Assembly (NCBI GenBank): GCA_964016885.1
Contig: OZ024743.1
Span: 373,302,001 to 373,366,000 of the forward strand
Reading direction: 5' to 3'
Length of the DNA: 64,000 nt
Origin: Eledone cirrhosa
Taxonomy: Eukaryota
The translations under genes were made by a program, and so were the position numbers. The notes below the pieces were generated by a model. The model did no database searches, was not told where the DNA came from, and saw only the letters and a program-made list of their open reading frames with translations. Shown piece after piece: positions 27,401 to 42,752 of the stretch (positions within the stretch are counted from its first letter, which is position 1; each line of letters starts with the position of its first letter).

Positions 27401-30400
27401 CAAGTGTCTGGTTGATACTCGGCTTTGGGAGAGAAGCAGAATTCAAAAGAAGTTTCAAATAATAATAATAATGATAATCATTATCAATTTTCTTATTGGC
27501 AGTGGATTGGCAGTATCGGTAGAGGGTCGGTCACCATGCTTAGCAGCATAGTTACGGCCCTTTATGATCTGAGTTAAAATCCCGTCGAGGTTAACTTTGC
27601 CTTTCATCCTTACGGGGTCGATAAAATAAAGTACCAGTCACGCACTGGGGTCGATTTAATTGACTTTCCCCTGCCCCAAATTGCTGGCCTTGTGCCTATA
27701 TAAGAAACCATTATCAATTTCCTTATCATTTAGGTTTAGTCCCTTATGAACCAGAGTTAGTGCATTTGGCAGATGGTGAAGTTATTGTGAGAAGAACATA
27801 TCCTTGCTTTGGATTTGATCTGAAGTGTGGCAAAAATACAGATTTCAACTATGGTTCCTGGGCAGACCGACAGAGGTATGTATGAAGAGTTATCATAAGT
27901 GGAGGTATGGCAGAGTACTTAAGGGGTTTATTTTGCAACTGCTTAGTTTCAGGTTCATTCCAACTGTGTGGCACCTTTGGCAAGTATCTTCTACATTCAG
28001 GCATGTGTGTACACAGACACACATTTGTGCACGTGCACACTTGTGCGTATACACATGCACTTGCTTGGAGGCGTACTCACACATCCATATGCACTTGTGC
28101 ACACACACACTTGTACACACACTTTAAAAATGATGATGACAATGATATGTTAGAATATCGTTATCAATGTTGATCTTTGGCTCACAATCAATTAATGCCT
28201 GATGTTGCCTACTTCTGTGTTACGTAACACTATTGATTGGTTTCTATTAACTAAATCAGTTACTATCATTTGTTTCACTTTAATAACACACACATACACA
28301 TTCTATGGTTGTTATTTCTGCTGTATTGTATGTAGTATGGACCAGATAAACTTGATCTTTGATGAAATAAATTTCACGTTTTTCCAATACTTTTCCCCTT
28401 CATAGCTTCAACATAATTTATTGATCTGTAAAGCACTTAGGATTTCAGAATATGTCAACATCAATATTTTTACAAAAGATAACTTTTGTTTTGATTGGAA
28501 GAATATATTTTGTATATTTTTAAAATTATATATATATATGTGTGTGTTTGTGTGTAAGATTTGAGTTAGCATATATACTTGAATATAGGCCGACCCCCAC
28601 TATTTTATGTTTGAGAAATGGGCAAAAATCCAAACCTTATTTGCATAGAATTTGAAGTTGTTGATAATCGTCAAAATATATGTCGACTCCACCACCATCA
28701 ATTTTTATTTTTTAAAGATTTATTTTTTGGGGTGTGGTCGCATATTCCTTGGCTTATATTCGAGTATATACAGTAAATGGCTAGATTAGGCAGCTTGCGG
28801 ATGTCCATGTCTTGCTCATATGCTCCATTTCTGGCTTGAGTACAACAGCGGGATGCCCTTTCTAATGCCAACCATTTTACACAGTGTACTGAGTGCATTT
28901 TATTGTGGTACTAGTACTATCACTTAGTGTTCTGGGTATGTTTTTTTGTGGCACTAGTACTACTATTTACAGAGTGGACTAAGTGCATTTTATCATAGCA
29001 CCAATATTACCTCTTTACAGAGTATACTAGGTGCATTTTATTGTAGCACTAGCACTACCGTTTTAGAGTGCACTGAGTGTATTTTATCATGGTACCAGTA
29101 TTACCAGTTTAAAGAGTGTATTTGGTGCATTATATTGTGGCACTAGCACTACCACTTAAAGTGTACTGGTTGTGCCATCACAATCTGCATGATTTCCCTT
29201 TAGCTCACAAATCAAGACCTTTTCAGTGGTATCTATATTTCTGGGAACAATTAGAAGTCACAAGTAGCCATGTCTGGAGAGTGGGGAGCCTGGTGAAGAA
29301 ATAAGATGCCGTTTTGGGGCAAGAAACCTTTGATTAATTGCAAGGAATGAGCCAGAGCCTTGTCACGATACAGCTGCCAGTTTTGCAAAGCCTACAAGTC
29401 CAGTCTCTTGTGTCAAACTGCATCATGAAGACATTAGAAGACTTCTTAATAGAATTCCTCAGACACACACACCCACACTCACCCCCACCCCTCTTGCCAA
29501 ACAAAAGGTCAGGAGGATTCTTCAGTTACGTCATAGGCATGACAATTTCCTTAGTGTTGGTAATGTATGCAATAAAGGCACTCAGTATGTCTCATTCATT
29601 CCATACCAACATAGAAAAAAAAGCTGTATGTAAAACTGATGAAGATATTGTTTGTTACACGTTTGTTTTATAGTTTTACTTTATTTTTAAAAATATCTTT
29701 ATAGAGAACATCTGTGGAAGTTTTTCTTTCCTCCAGACTATCAACCTTTGCAACCCACCAAAGATCCTAGCCCAGGTGAGCGGAGGCAGTACAAGGCATT
29801 TGAATTTCGTATGAGTATTATAGCCAAAGCAACAGTGGATATACTCTTTACCAAAAATTCTGTAAGTATGGGGCCCTGGCATACATTTTTTTTCTCATCT
29901 TTTCTCATTTCCTTCTTGTTATTGCCCCCCCCCCCCCACCTTTCATGACCACATTTCTAATCAAATACACTCTATTTCAACTAATTAATGAAGAATTTTG
30001 AGGGATTTACTAAAATTATTAATTATTTCATTATTAAGATAGTAACTTAATAAAATTATGTTGGAAAATTTGATTTTAAATTGGAAACCTTTAAATTGGG
30101 TGGTTTCATTTCATAGAACCAGAGCTGGTTTTGGCCGGATTGGTAACTAAAGGGTTAAGGATTTTCCTTCACCACCATGTGGGTTTGATTACACATCTAG
30201 CACCTTGGGCAAGTTTCTTCCTCTGTAGTCTCTAGTTGACCAATGCCTTATCAATGAAAGTTAGTAGATGGAAACTGATGTCTGTTTTCCACAGTAACAA
30301 GTGATATCATCATGGACTAAGTCCGTACTTAAGCATAGCTACTGACCTCTATCAGGCCAGGGACTCCCATCTTGCTTACATACATTCCTGCACACTACCA

Positions 30401-33400
30401 TGTATGTGAATTTATGTTTGTGCCTGTGTCTGTCCCATAATTTAGTGGTTTGATAAATAAAAATAAAGATCAATAAGATAAATACAAGACTTGAAAAAAT
30501 AAAAACGGGGGTCTAATGAACTAAATCCCTTTAATCCTTTAGCATTTAAACCAGCTCTATCCGACCAGAATTATTTCACCTATTTCTGTTCAAACTGGCT
30601 GTAATTGGCTGCTCATACTTATGTTAAGGTATTATTCTCAAAATAAATAATAACAAAATCTCATAAATTCTGTATTATGTGAGATAAAGCCTTTACCATG
30701 AAAATACAATAGTAAATATAGAGTAATGTAAATGTTAAAGGGTTTAGGTGGTGCCCCAGCATGATAGCTGTCTAATGACTGAAACCAATAAAAGTGTAAT
30801 TAATTTATAAAGATGTTATGTGATTATTGAAAATGTTGTTTCTGTGTGACAGGTCAATCAAGCTATACATATGAACACAGGGCAAGGTTCATATGTAGAA
30901 GCTAACATTCCATGGATTATCGGAGAAATGGGTTACACTACAAAAATAACTGGTCAGTTGTTACTTCTTGATGCCACAACCAGTCTTCAGTTTCGGTCCT
31001 TGGTTGATTGCGAGACATTTGAGGTATGTATCACCATCACCATTAACATCACCACCACCACCATCATCATCATCATCACTGTTTAACGTCGTATATGATG
31101 GTCTCAAAATCTTGTTTCTCTGGCATATATATCACCATCCCCATCACCACCACCACCACCACCACCATCACCACCACCACCACCATCACCACCACCACCA
31201 CCACCACCATCACCACCACCACCACCATCACCATCACCACCACCATCATAACCATTATCACCATTGCCACCACCACCACCATCATCACCATCACCACCAT
31301 CACTGTTTAATGCTTGATATGACATAGTGTCAAAATTGTGGTCTATTTGTCTTTTAAAATGTAAACTCCCTGTTTATGTTTCTCTGGAATATATATATAT
31401 ATCATCATCATCATCATTTAACAACTATTTTTCATGCTAGCATGAGTTATCAATATAACTCATGCTAGCATGAAAAATAGTTGTTAAATGTCATGTTAGG
31501 AGCCTAGATAGGTTAGGTGGCCATGTCTTACTCATATCATCTGTTTCTAGCTTGGTGTTTCCTACAACTGGATGTCCTTTCTAATGTCCTAATATCAACT
31601 TATATTTAGAACAATTTTATTGACAGTATATGGTAACATATGTAACCAATACATATCATTGTTCTGACATTTACCTTTCTATGTTGACATTACTTGGATG
31701 GGACTTTTTGAGGTAATGTTTTGTTTTACAGTTGGATACCGGTCATGACATCAAATCTTTTAATTGCTTTGTATAGCCTCAAAAATTCTCATCCAGCCCA
31801 TACCAAAAACAAATGAATGGTATTGATGATATATCATAGAGTAACCTGTTCAATGACTTTAGTGGATGGTGGATTGCTAGAATGGTTAGAACGTTGGACA
31901 TACGCTTTGCAATATTTGTCATGACTTTTTACGTTCCGAGTTCAAATTCTGCTTTGGTCAACTTTGCCTTTCATCCATTCAAGGTTTATAAAATAAAGCA
32001 CCAGTAATGTATTGGGTCGATATAATTAACTTATCCCCCTCCCCATTCCCCAAATTGATGGCTTTGTGCCTAAATTAGAAACTATATTGTTAAATGAAAT
32101 ATCATTTTTGCACTATCTTAGTTTCATATAAGACGACAAATTGGTAGTGTTGTTGGGACGTCAGATAGACTGCTTTGTGGTGTTCATTCCAGGCCAATTT
32201 TGCCTCTCATGCTTTCAAGGTCGATAAAATAAAGTACCTGTAACATACTAGGGTCAATATAATTGATATAATCAACTTCTCCTCCCCACAAATAGCTGAC
32301 CTGTCTTAATTAGAAATCAATATTTTTCATGATTTTTGTTTTCCTTTTAAAGTTCTCCATTAGTGCCACATACCCGATTGTGTGGAACAGCCATCAAGAC
32401 TGGCAAATTGACTTTACTGCCTGTAAAGCAACTGTTTATCTTATCTATGATCTGAAGTCATTCTTCTCAGGTAAATCTTTTTTTCTAGTTTTTTTTTTAT
32501 TGTAATCTTTATAAATTATTTCAGCTCTCCCTCCTACCTTCTTCCTCGCCCACTTATTCCTAAGAGGGTTGTGTGGCACAGAGTCCTCAAACACTCCTTC
32601 CAGTGTCAGAAGCAACCATCTCCAGCTCATCCCCAAGTGAGACCAACCAAACTCATGGATGTTATCCAACTGTCTTACTTGGGGTCTACCCCTGAGTCCC
32701 CTTCTGGTTGGTTTTGCTCATAAAAATCTGTCCAGCAATTCTTTCCTGAGACCACATGCCCATAGTATCGGAGCTGTGATTTCTCAATTCAGAGAAGTAG
32801 TGACTCTACTTGGAATGACTCCATTTACATTAATTCCAGATTACACTTTTGTAGAAATTCACACAACCAAACTGCATGAGATTGCTTTTATGATGCAAAT
32901 TTGTATATTTTAAAGTTTTTATATTTCTCCAAAAATCTTCATCATAGTTTCATGTGAAAACCATTAAGTTATGTTCCAAACACCAACTTCATAATAAGAA
33001 AGTTAGTCATGTTAATAAATCTATGAAAATTCTTCACTATTTTCAATATGATTTGAAAATAACAAGCAATGTCTTTCAATAGAAATATGGTGACAAAAGG
33101 GTTGAGGCTATTTCCATCCTTAACACTTTAGTATTTACATTACTCTATATTTACTATTGTATTTTCATAGTAAACACTTTATCTCACATAATATTGAATT
33201 TACAAGATTTTGATATTATGTATTTTGAGAACAATACCTTAACATCAGTATGAGCAGCCTGTTATGGCTGGTTTGAACAGAAAGAGGTGAAATAATTCTG
33301 GCCGGATATGGCCAGTTTAAATGCTAAAGGGTTAAGTAGTTGTTAGCCTTGTGGGCTCCCATATTTCTAATGAAAGATACAACCTACTACAATTTTCAAT

Positions 33401-33993
33401 TTGGAGGATTTAATTATATAACTAACTTTCTCAAATCAGCTGATGTTTGTAACACAACTTAAATATTCCTACATTAACTTATGATAGACGCTTTTGGGAA
33501 AATATACACTTACACTCCAGAAAGGTTAATAGTTTTTTTTCTTTTTTCTTTTTTATTACTTGTCTCACTAGCTCTTTTTGACTACCAACTGTAAGGAGTA
33601 CTCAATACTTCCCCTAGTCTGTCATGGCTTACTAGCTCTATACGGACGTTTAAATTGAATAAATAAATAAATAAATAATAAATGAATACCTGTAGTTTTG
33701 TAGTTTTATCTTTCCCCCCAGACTCTTGTTTTTTTTTTTTTAATCCAAACTAAAGAAATGTCTTTCTTTCCATTGTAGATCTGGCCGATGACTGGTCAAG
33801 TCGGCAGGTACCAGACATCTACCATTTTGTTCCATATACTTGGCACATCAATTTGATAATCAAAGAATTTGAACTGGTCGCCCTGGCAAACCAACACAAC
33901 TGGATTGATACTTCATCTCAAAATCAAGAAAATAGTAAGTACTGATTGAAAGTAGTAAGTCAGATGTGGAGGTAGTAGATTATGGGGAAAAGT

Positions 33994-34024
<31 letters not shown>

Positions 34025-34992
34025 GGCATAACTAGCTTACTTTTCTTCCTTTTCTTTTTTCCTTTTTCTTCTTTTCCTCTCCTTTCTTTCTTTCTGCTTC
34101 TTCCCCCTACATCATGTCCCATGGTTGGCAATATGTGATGAATGGTCATGTGGTCAATTATTCCCCTATATCTCTTTCTCTCTGTCACTCTCTCTTTCTT
34201 TGGAAGAAATCGACTGTATTCATACCTGGAGAGGGATGGGATCTGCCAAGTTTAAAAAGTATCTACAATGGGCCATAATGTAGCTACAACACCCCTTTGT
34301 ACCCATCAGAAGTTACAGGTCAATACATACACATGGAGATATGTGTATAATGTGGCCTAGTGGTAATGATGTTGGACTTAAGAGCATAATGTCATGAGTT
34401 CAATTCCTATGTTGTGTGTTGTGTTCTTGAGCAAAATACTTCATTTCACATTGCCCCAGTATACTCAGCTGAAAATGAGTATCAGCAAAAGCTGGGAGTT
34501 TAACCCTGCGATGAACTGGCATCCTGTCCAAGGGGGAGTTTTGTACTCTCAATCGCTTCACGCCATGAAACCGGGATAAGCACCGGCCAAATGAACCTTC
34601 TGGCTTAAGACAGACTTTAGACTTTTAGACTATATATATCCTTAACATTACCTGATCTCCAATGCTATGATATCTTATGTCTATCCTATCTTACATTTTT
34701 CCTTGCTTGTAACTTTTTTTGCTTGTACTTTTTGCTTGTACCTCTTGCAGCTTCCACCTGTGCTCCTTGTAATTGTGTTCTCTGAAGCATAACATTCTTT
34801 TAACTCCCAATTCTCTACATGATGTCTAGGACACTAACAACACTTATGTATCTACCTGAATGCTCTGAAGACTAGGATTTTAATCACCTGTTTAGACATT
34901 CTCTATGCTCCGATGATTCCAGACATCCCTCTAGAAGAAACAACTGTTAGCAAATAAATGTATTAATCTAAGATTTGATTGTTTTTACACTT

Positions 34993-35030
<38 letters not shown>

Positions 35031-37647
35031 GAGAGAGAGAGAAAACAAGTGAATGAATGAATTTTTGACTTGGATTTTATTGATGTCTATGCTTGTTTCT
35101 CTGTTTAAATTGATTTTTAAAAATATATAATTAAAGAAGTTGTTTACTACATTGAAAAAAATCTCTTGTTTGTATATTTTCAGTTTATGTTGCATTTTGT
35201 GGGGATATGTTTGACTTGTCAATTCAGCTTCCCTATGTTGACTTCTTACCTCCAAAAGTTGCAACACGTATATTCATAAGAGTGAGTATCAACTACAAAT
35301 TCTTACTTTCATACCTACGAATACCATCTAGGCTATTTTGAAATCTTTGGATCTGTGTTTGGAGAATTTTGGTTTATTTTATTTTTCTTGGTTGAGCAAC
35401 ATCTACTGTGGGTATAGAACCCTACCTAGGAGTGACAATAGTGGATGCAGTGACTGCACTTTAACCCTTTAGCATTTAAACTAGCTGTATCCGACCAGAA
35501 TTCTCTCACCTCTTTCTGTTCAAACTGGCTGTAATTGGTTGCTCATACTTATGTTAAGGCATTGTTCTCAAAATAAATATCAAAATCTCATATATTCAAT
35601 ATTATGTGAGATAATGCCTTTACCATGAAAATATAATAGAATATATATATAGAGTAGTGTAAATGCTAAAGGGTTAAAGTACTATCTGCCCATATTGTGC
35701 TGATAGTTGTTTTTTTTGGTCAGGTTTTTGTTGAATCTCTCCTTTCATCTTTTAACCTTTTCTCTAGTTCTAGCATCCATTGTGGGCCCTCACTTGCAAT
35801 ATTTTTCCACTTTTCAATGTTTATGTTCAATATCATCATATCTCTCTTGCTGACATCTTATTAACCCTATCTTTATCATATTTCTCATGAAAGATACTGT
35901 CTGATTTTCAAATAATTTTGAAAATAACAAAGAATTTGGAGGGAATTTTTGTCATATATCAAACTTTTTTTATTATGTTGGTGTTTGAGGCATAACAATA
36001 ATTCTTACATAAAATTATGAGAGGGAAGTTTTTAATATAAATATAAACACTTTAAGATCAATAATTTTGTATGATAGAACCAGGAGTGATTTCAGGTAGG
36101 AAAATGTCAAGCTCCTGTATTCAGCAATGAAAATGGCTTTAAAACAATTGTTATTGTTGTTGTAACCTAGGGTTTAGTAGAAGTGGTAGAGCATCTGATA
36201 ACATACCATTGCAGTATTTGTTCCAGTTCTTGACATTTTGAATTCAAACCCTCCAAAGTTAATAAAATAAAATACCAGCCAAATACTAGGGATTGATTTA
36301 ATCAACTTTGCTCTTCCTCTAAAGTTATTGGCCTTGTGCCTAAATTAGAAATTGGTTTTACAACTTGACCTATCTCGTCCAGTTTAAGATTAACATCTTT
36401 GTTTATATTAAAATATTTTAATTGTTTAATTTCCCTAGGGTGAAAGTATGGATTGTCGGTTATTTCTGCCAGAGACGGTAACTAGTCGCCATGTGATCAA
36501 AGCATTGTCAGAGAATATGAAGATACTTGATCGGGATGGAAATGTTGTTGAAAAAGGCTTTCCATCACAGAGAGAGAAGTGGCGGAAACTCACACACAAA
36601 AGGTAAATATACTTCACTTTTCTCTATCACTAATTTATCATCTGTCTATTTTATGACTAAATTAATACTACCATTGACTATCTTATGACTAAATTAATAC
36701 CTTCACCAAATATCTGACTATTTTATGACTCAAATATCACCATTTCTGACTATTAGATTATTTTATGATAAATAGAATAGTCACCTTGTGACTTAATTAA
36801 TACAATTAGTGATTATCTGACTATTTTATAACTAAAATACAGCAATTTCTATCTATTTCATGACAATATTGTAGTTTCTTGTTTAACAGAATCCATTGAT
36901 TGAGGATCAGGAGGAGTTTATTTTGATTGAAATGATTGGTTTTTTTTTTTTTTTTTTTTTTTTTTTTCCCAGTGGTGACTGGATTGATTGTTGGACGACA
37001 CCAATTGCAGCTTTGAGCATCACTTACACCTATCACCCTATGCCACTGCTGCATGTATGCAGTGACCCTGTAGTTGGTCTTGAGGAGAACATCAACTCTG
37101 GTCTAGAACTTGAAGAAGCTCTGCTTATTCCCCTTCGACCTCTAAGGCAAGACATGGTGTATTCCAAGCCACCGGATGACTTTGATCCTATTCTACTGGA
37201 ACCGGATGTGATTAACCTTGAATTAGAAGTGGGACCTTCAGTACTCTGCCTGTATGGATCCTTACTTCTCAGTTTGTGGAACATAAAGGCAAGTCTCACT
37301 GTTTTTCCCTTTATTTTGTGGAAGTTTTGTAAAACTAACTCTATTATGACCTGGATATTGAAAAATTGCATTCAGTGAGCAAAAAGTTAGTTAAATTTCT
37401 GTTGTCTTGTATTTATTTTTGTTCATAATAAATTATATGGCACTGATAGTTTCTATTATATATATATATATACGTTTTTACGTTTGCTTTTCCATTCTTG
37501 CATGGGTTGGACATCATAATTTTGGCTGGGCTTTATTAACTGGATGCTCTTCCTATCACCAACCACTTTACAGCGTAGACTGGGTGCATTGTTCGTGCCA
37601 CCAACACTAGAGAGGTTGTCTTACCAGATTTAAAAGTCCTCTCCACC

Positions 37648-37684
<37 letters not shown>

Positions 37685-40600
37685 AGCTAAAAATGCCTCT
37701 TCATACTAAAAAAGATCCCAGTTTATGATTTATAACTAACTTTTCTTATCTAGGGCCAATTTTGCTTTTCAACCTACATTACTGAGGTTAATAAGTACCA
37801 GTAATATGTTTAGGTAGAGGCAGCAAATTGACAGTCATTAAAGCATCAGATAGAATGCTTTGTAGAATTCTTTCTGGCTCTCTGCAACTCCCTGAGGTCA
37901 ACTTTACATTTCTTCCATTTGATCATCATCATTATTTTACGTCCACTTTTCCCTGCTTGCAAGGGTTGGATGGGTCCTATTCAGCACAGCATCTTTCCAC
38001 TTGTCACGGTCCTTCGTCATCTCCTCAGTGAGTTTCAGCAATATGAGGTCTGCTCTCACCACCTCCGCCCATGTTTTTCATGGTCTACCTCTACTGCGTC
38101 TTCCTTCTACTGGGATTTCTTGGCACTTCTTTACCAAGCGGTCATCCTCCATGCGCATCACATGTCCATACCATCTCAGCCTTCTCTCCTGCACACCACA
38201 ACTTATCCCTCTTATATCCAGTTTCCTTCTCAACTCATCCATGCTTGGTCGTTCATGCACATTGACATTGCACATCCAACGGAGCATACTTGCTTCATTT
38301 CTCTCCAGCCGTCGCATATCCTCTGCAGTTGCTGCCCATGTCTCACTACCATGCAGCATCGCGCATCTCACACAGGCATCATATAACCATCATTTGGTAC
38401 GCTGGGAGAAACCCTTCTTTGTCAACAGAGGAAGCAGATCCCTAAACTTTTTCCAGCCCGGCCTTATTCTAGATACTATGGCCCCCCCCCCCCCCCTGCT
38501 AATCTGATCACCTAGGTACCGGAAGCTATCAACCACTTCTCTAGAACCTACCTGCATTGGAAAAATGTGTCTATCATTGCGATTACTGCTGCCAACTTTC
38601 CCTGTACATCTATTGCATACATAATTTTGCCTGCTATTCCACTACATCTCTTGTGTACCCAAGATCTGCATTGCGTACATTTTATGGAATTTATGCCAGT
38701 TCATTTCCTACATATCGAACATGGCCATTTCTCTGATGGAATCAAAGTATTGTCCTCTCTTCTACTTATCAACACTTTTGTCTTAGCTATGTTCACTCTC
38801 AATCCCCTTGATTTCAACTGCTGTTTCCATAGCCAGAATTTATTCTCTAGCTCCTCTACTAATTCTGCTATAAAAACCAGATCATCAGCATAGAGAAGTT
38901 CCCATGGGCATCCAGTCTTAAACTCCTCTGTTATGGCTTGGAGGACTATAATGAACAAGAGCGGGCTGAAGACCGAACCCTGATGTACACCTACTTGTAT
39001 CTGGAATTCCTCACTAAACTTCATACCTACTCTCACTTTACTGACAGCACCTCTGTACATAGCTTGCACTGTCCTCACAAGCCATTCCTCTACACCTAGT
39101 TTCCTTAGGGACCACCAGATGACAGATTGGGGTACCCTATCAAAGGCCTTCTCTAGGTCAACAAAAGCTAAGAATAGTGGCTTATTCTTCTCTAAGAACT
39201 TCTCTTGTAGTTGCCTTACTAAGAAGAGGACATCTGTTGTACTTTTTCGAGGCACAAAACCAAACTACATCTCATCTAATTTGACCCTTTCTCTAATCAG
39301 TTGCGCTAATATTCTCTCTGCCACTTTCATAACCTGATCCATCAGCTTTATGCCCCTATAATTGCTCCTCTCTAGAGCATCCCCTTTACCATTGTAGCAA
39401 TTTATGAGAATACTGCTGCACCAGTCTTTGGGTATGACACCACCATATATATCTTGATTGATGATGCGTGCAACCAGTTTAGTGCCTACTTCTCCTGATG
39501 CCTTCAGCATCTATCCCTGACGGTCCAGCAGCCTTACGATTCTTCATTTCCTCAATTGCCTCTTGTACCCTATATTCGTCAATCTCAATAGCTGGTCCCT
39601 CTGTCGGGTCTACTGGGGGTAATTTCTCTCTCTCTCTCATTCGTTCTACACATTCATCAGTCTCTCATAGTGACATTTCCAGGCCTCCGTCTTCTGATCA
39701 TTTGTGACACTAAGTACACCGGCATCATTCCGGACACACTTATCTCCAACATCCTAATTTGCACTGACACACTTCCTTGCAATGCGGAACACCGCCTTGC
39801 AATGAGGAACGCCGCACGTCTCTGATCTTCTCGTCGCAGAACATTGGCAAACCTCCTACTCTCACCCTCCCTGCATGCTAAGTACACCTGACGTCTAGCT
39901 TCTCTCTTAGCGGCTGTGTATCCTTCCCTACTCCCACCAATTTTCCAAGCCTTCCATGCCAGTCTTTTGTCTCTAATGGCTCTATCTTCTGTGCTGTTCT
40001 ACCACTACCACCAGGTCACTCTCTGTCTGGTTGAAGCTCTGCCCCAACCACAAGTTTCTTCAGTAGCCTGCAGTAAGTTGTCACGCAAGAAATTCCAGTT
40101 ATCATCTATGTCATACAACTCTTAATCATCTTCTTTTTCATCATACACGTCTTGAAGGGATTTGCTAAATTTATATTTTAATGAAAGGTCATTTAGCTTC
40201 CAGACCTTTCTTTTCCACACCTTCCTGCATGTCTCATTCTTTCTCATGCTTACTGAGATGTCACTAAGGACTAACCTATGCTGTGGGGTACATTCTTCCC
40301 AGGGGTATGCCTTAGTATTTGACACCATCTGTCTGTCTCACAGTCTAACTAGCAGGAAGTCAATCTGGCTTATGTGCTCGCCCGATTTGTAGGTTATTAG
40401 GTGGTTGGTAGGCTTCTGGATGTTAGTGTTGCAAATGGTTAGTGCATTTGAATCACAAAATTCAAGAAGCCTCACTCCTTCACTTCTTGAGCCGTAACTG
40501 TGCCCACCATGTACCCCAGTGTATCCATCCTGGAGCTGTCCAACATGTCCATTGAAGTCCCCTGCTAGCATAACGATGTCTCTGTCCTCTGTCATTGAGG

Positions 40601-41627
40601 TTGTTTGTAAAAGTTGCTCGTAAAAGCAATCTTTCTCTTCTTTACCTAGGCCTACCTGGAGAGCATAGGCAGAGATGATTTTCAGTAGTCTCTTGCCAAC
40701 AACTAATCTAAGCTTAATTATTCTATTACTAACTCTAACTACCTCTATTGTCTTATTGATCCATCTCTCAGCCAGTAATATGCCCACCCCACCTAACCCA
40801 TCATCATTACCCACCCAGAAAAGCTTATAACTACGATGTTTGCCTGCGATTAGTCTTGCAGAGGCACCTCTCCATCTCACCTCTTCCACACAGCACACAT
40901 CCCTTCTCTCCAGCAACTCCGCTATCTCACCAGATCAACCTGTTAGAGTGCCAACATTAAGTGTGGCAACTCTGAGATGCGTCGTCTTGTTCTTTTTCCT
41001 GTTGTGCGATAGTTTGATGACGGTCGTGGGGTTCTCACACATGGCCTCACTAGCCACCCCACTACCATGTGCAGCCCTAACATGGTTAGTGTTATTGCTG
41101 TTTACGCAGTTGTTTTTGTGCGATTGTTTGATGACGGTCGGTGGGTTCTCACACATGGCAGCACCAGCCACCCCACTACCGTGTGCAGCCCTAACATGGT
41201 TAATGTTATTGCTGTTTACGCAGTTGTTGCAAATTTCATTTGTTGCGTTCATAGTGTTTGGCAGTAGTATATATACTGGTTGGATGCCCTTCCTAACACC
41301 AGCACCACTTTACAGCATGGACTGGGTGCTTTTATTTGTGCCACCAGCACTAGGGAAGTTGTCTTATTGGACTTAGGGGACTTCTCTACCCCGCACCAAT
41401 TTATTCGGAATAGTAGCTCTCCTAGACGGGTTGCCTACACTACGGCTTATGGAGCCTCCGTCCACCCCTTGTCTGCTCGATAATATTTTCACAAGGGAGT
41501 GGTTATCATACAGCATTGGGCATGTATACCAAACGTGGTGCAGGTGGGCGGGAAATGAGAAGGAAATATGGCTATACGCACAAAATTAAATATCAACATT
41601 CACATCACATCACATATACATACACAT

Positions 41628-41678
<51 letters not shown>

Positions 41679-42720
41679 CATATACATCTATATATGTCAC
41701 ATGGCTTAGTGGAGGCACATGGCTTAGTGGTTAGAGCATTGGCCTTGCAATCAAAAGGTTGTGAGTTCAATTCTCAGACCGGGTGATGTGTTGTTTCCTT
41801 GAGCAAGACACTTTATTTCACATTGCTCCAGTTTACTCAGCTGTAGAAATGAGATGATAGGGACTGGGGTCCATATCATTCCACTGCAAAGTGGTCGTGG
41901 AGGGGCCACGGCAAAAAAGCACCCAGCACTCACTGTAAATGAGGTTGGTATAAGGAAGGGCATCCAGCTGTAGAAATCAGGCCAGAATCAGTTCCCGTCC
42001 CACCCTTGCAAGCAAGGAAAAGTGGACGTGAAATGAAATGAATATACATTTATATATGTCACACACATATATATATATATATACACACACATCTATCATC
42101 ATCGTTTAACGTCCAAATTCCACGCTTGCATGGGTTTGGACGGGAGTTTTCCCACTTGAGGCAAGAGTGGTTGTCTTGCTCGCATAGGACTGTCTGGCGG
42201 GTTTTCTACGGCTGGATGCCCTTCCTAACACGAACCACATTTACAGTGTGGAACTGGGAGGTTTTTTACCGTGTTGCCTACACGGCCACATTACAGCGTG
42301 GACTGTGTGCTTTTTGTTGTGACACCTACACGACCTCATTTGTTTCGGGCTGGATGTTGTGGTACCAACATAACTTTACATTGAAAGGGGTGGTGTGGAT
42401 GGGGTGGGGGTAATGGGATGGGGGGTGTATTTTGTTAGAGGTGCCTACTGACTGTAGTAGGTTTCACTTTGTACTTAGGTAAGGCGGGTCTTCTATATAT
42501 ATATATCTATATATATATATATATCTATATATATATATATACACCTATATATATATACATCTATATATATATACATCTATATATATATACATCTATATAT
42601 ATATACATCTATATATATATACATCTATATATATATACATCTCTATATATATACATCTCTATATATATACATCTATATATATATATATATATACATCTAT
42701 GTCACATATTATATATATGT

Positions 42721-42752
<32 letters not shown>

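Noticed and set aside
30968-31327. Poly-His, poly-Thr and poly-Gly ORFs
   Set aside because: Translations of a (CAC)n microsatellite in an intron.
41005-41232. HDV-like or hammerhead ribozyme in the RTE 5' repeats
   Set aside because: I could not build the required core or pseudoknot by eye.
41711-41785. tRNA gene
   Set aside because: The tRNA-like A/B boxes run directly into a multi-copy SINE body, and there is no well-paired acceptor stem.
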